Shown here piece by piece: positions 62,499 to 64,000 of a DNA stretch of 64,000 nt (within the stretch, counting starts at the first letter, position 1; every line of letters starts with the position of its first letter). Below the pieces are notes generated by a model that saw only the letters and a program-made list of their open reading frames with translations, ran no database searches and was not told where the DNA came from. The translations under genes and the position numbers were made by a program. The stretch covers positions 21,514,001-21,578,000 of the forward strand of contig NC_043013.1 in NCBI RefSeq assembly GCF_006345805.1, written 5' to 3'. The stretch comes from Octopus sinensis. Its lineage: Eukaryota.

Positions 62499-64000
62499 CA
62501 GTGTTGCCAACTTAAAATCATAATTTTATGCTAAACTTCAGTAGAAAAAATACCCCCAAAAATGCTAAATAAAAAAAAAAATGCTAAAGACTAATTATAT
62601 CAAAAATGTTAATTTTTATCTACTTTCTTTAATTATATTCAGCATTGAGAAATAATTTCTTGAATTTCACTGATTTGATTATTTTCAGCTGCAGTGCTTA
62701 GGTCTCGACTTCTGTATACATTCAAGGCCCCAATCTTGTTAATTATATGTTTTGGAATATTGAAGTTTTTGTAACATTTGCCATATCTTTTCAGGCCATA
62801 TTTTATAGACGGTGTTGATCTAAGCATAGGAAGATGCATTTTGTATCTCAATTTTGATTTGATTACACCCATACTATTGAACAACCGTTCAACTTCTGTA
62901 TTTGAGTTTGTCAAAGTCAATAGATTAATGGCAAAATTTGCAGCATCTCTAAAAGGATTTCCTCCAGTAGCATCTTTATATTCCAAAACTTCCAGCCAGA
63001 ATTCCTCAGTATTAGATATATTTGTCCATTCAACTAAATGAATGCTATTAAACTGAATTTCAATTGAAGCAATTTTTTCTTCATTTAAATGCACTGCTTC
63101 TAAAACAGGTAAAATTGGCTCTTTGAAATGCTGCAAAATATTCTGTACAGAAAAACATTTGATATTCTGCAGTATATTAATATTCTCTGGCCAACGGTGC
63201 TTGAGCTCTTTATAAAGGCAGAGTAAAAATTGTGTTCTTTTGCGAATATTATTTTCTTCGGTGGCTGTTACAATCTTCTTGATAATCATTTCTGCTATAT
63301 TTCTCTCGAACCTGTAGCCTAAATTTGGTTTAAGATTTACAAATTTTTCAATAGAAGCATCAGGATCAAATTGATCAATTCTACATGTTAGCAACACTAT
63401 CATATTAGCAACAGATTTGATCAAACTTGAAAGATCTTCAAGTAATTTTGTTTTGTCGACAGTGTTTGATTCAAACAGTTTAGTCACTTCCTGAACATGT
63501 TTTAAAATTGGATGCAAAAATGAAAGGTAAAGTTCATTCTTAGAATCACAAAACATTTCATGTAACGTTTGTGCTGTAAAGCATTTTTCTTTTGTAGTTA
63601 TAGTTTAGAAGTGAGTTTGCAATTCAAACCATTGGCTTAAAGTTCTATTTACAACTGGTTCTATTGACAGCCACCTAGTTGTACAAGAATTCACAATCTT
63701 CAAAGGCTCTTTATTATTGATAGCAAGGTAAAGTTGTTTGTAAGCACTTTCTCTTGTTGAAGAATGAGAAGACCATTTATAGGTTTCGGATACTAAAAAT
63801 TCTAAATTTATGGGCAGGCATTCAGCGTAAGTGTGGGATACAGCTAACTGTAAAGAATGACATACACATCTAAACAGAAGTAATGATGGAACTTCTTTTA
63901 ATTTCTGGAAAGCATTATTATAGCATTGTTGGTTCCTTTAGCCAGTAAATATTTTAAATCAAATTTCTTTTTTGCTAATTCAATTTTTAAGGCATCTACA
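62499..64000 (-). mobile_element. hAT transposon remnant (3' TIR plus transposase pseudogene; continues past window end)
   Basis: TIR CAGTGTTGCCAAC at 62499; ORF 62639-63556 ends in a hAT dimerisation-like motif (LLTLTNSNTEVERLFNSMGVIKSKLR); same frame upstream has TRWLS (63665-63679) and CVCHSLQLA (63842-63868); in-frame TAA at 63605 and a frameshift near 63920. Confidence 0.88.

Overview
Eukaryotic, AT-rich, very repeat-dense genomic DNA. The repeat landscape (tRNA-derived SINEs, RTE-LINE 3' ends, Penelope-like elements, heavy microsatellite load) is most consistent with an octopus genome; this is inference. The only supportable gene is a complete cyclin-dependent kinase 2 (CDK2) on the + strand: 8 coding exons, join(3941..4056,22943..23020,25246..25366,28470..28640,33812..33913,35678..35747,46549..46682,48341..48442), 894 nt, 297 aa, all introns GT-AG. 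It has a putative E2F/ETS-CRE promoter near 3.2-3.5 kb and a probable long 3' UTR. The rest is transposon-derived: three SINE families, RTE tails, four Helitrons, hAT, Merlin-like and piggyBac-like MITEs, Tc1/mariner/maT remnants, a hAT transposase remnant, and several Penelope-like remnants. Most interesting: candidate minimal hammerhead ribozymes (two on the sense strand inside CDK2 introns, one in front of a Penelope ORF); a poly(A)-tailed, TSD-flanked Penelope endonuclease fragment; an 11-copy palindromic 32-bp minisatellite downstream of the CDK2 stop; a Helitron with a tandemly tripled 460-bp 5' segment; twin inverted Merlin-like MITEs; and several long near-perfect hairpins. Nearly all ORFs in the supplied track are microsatellite or repeat artefacts. 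Repeat boundaries are approximate unless a TSD or terminal motif is quoted.
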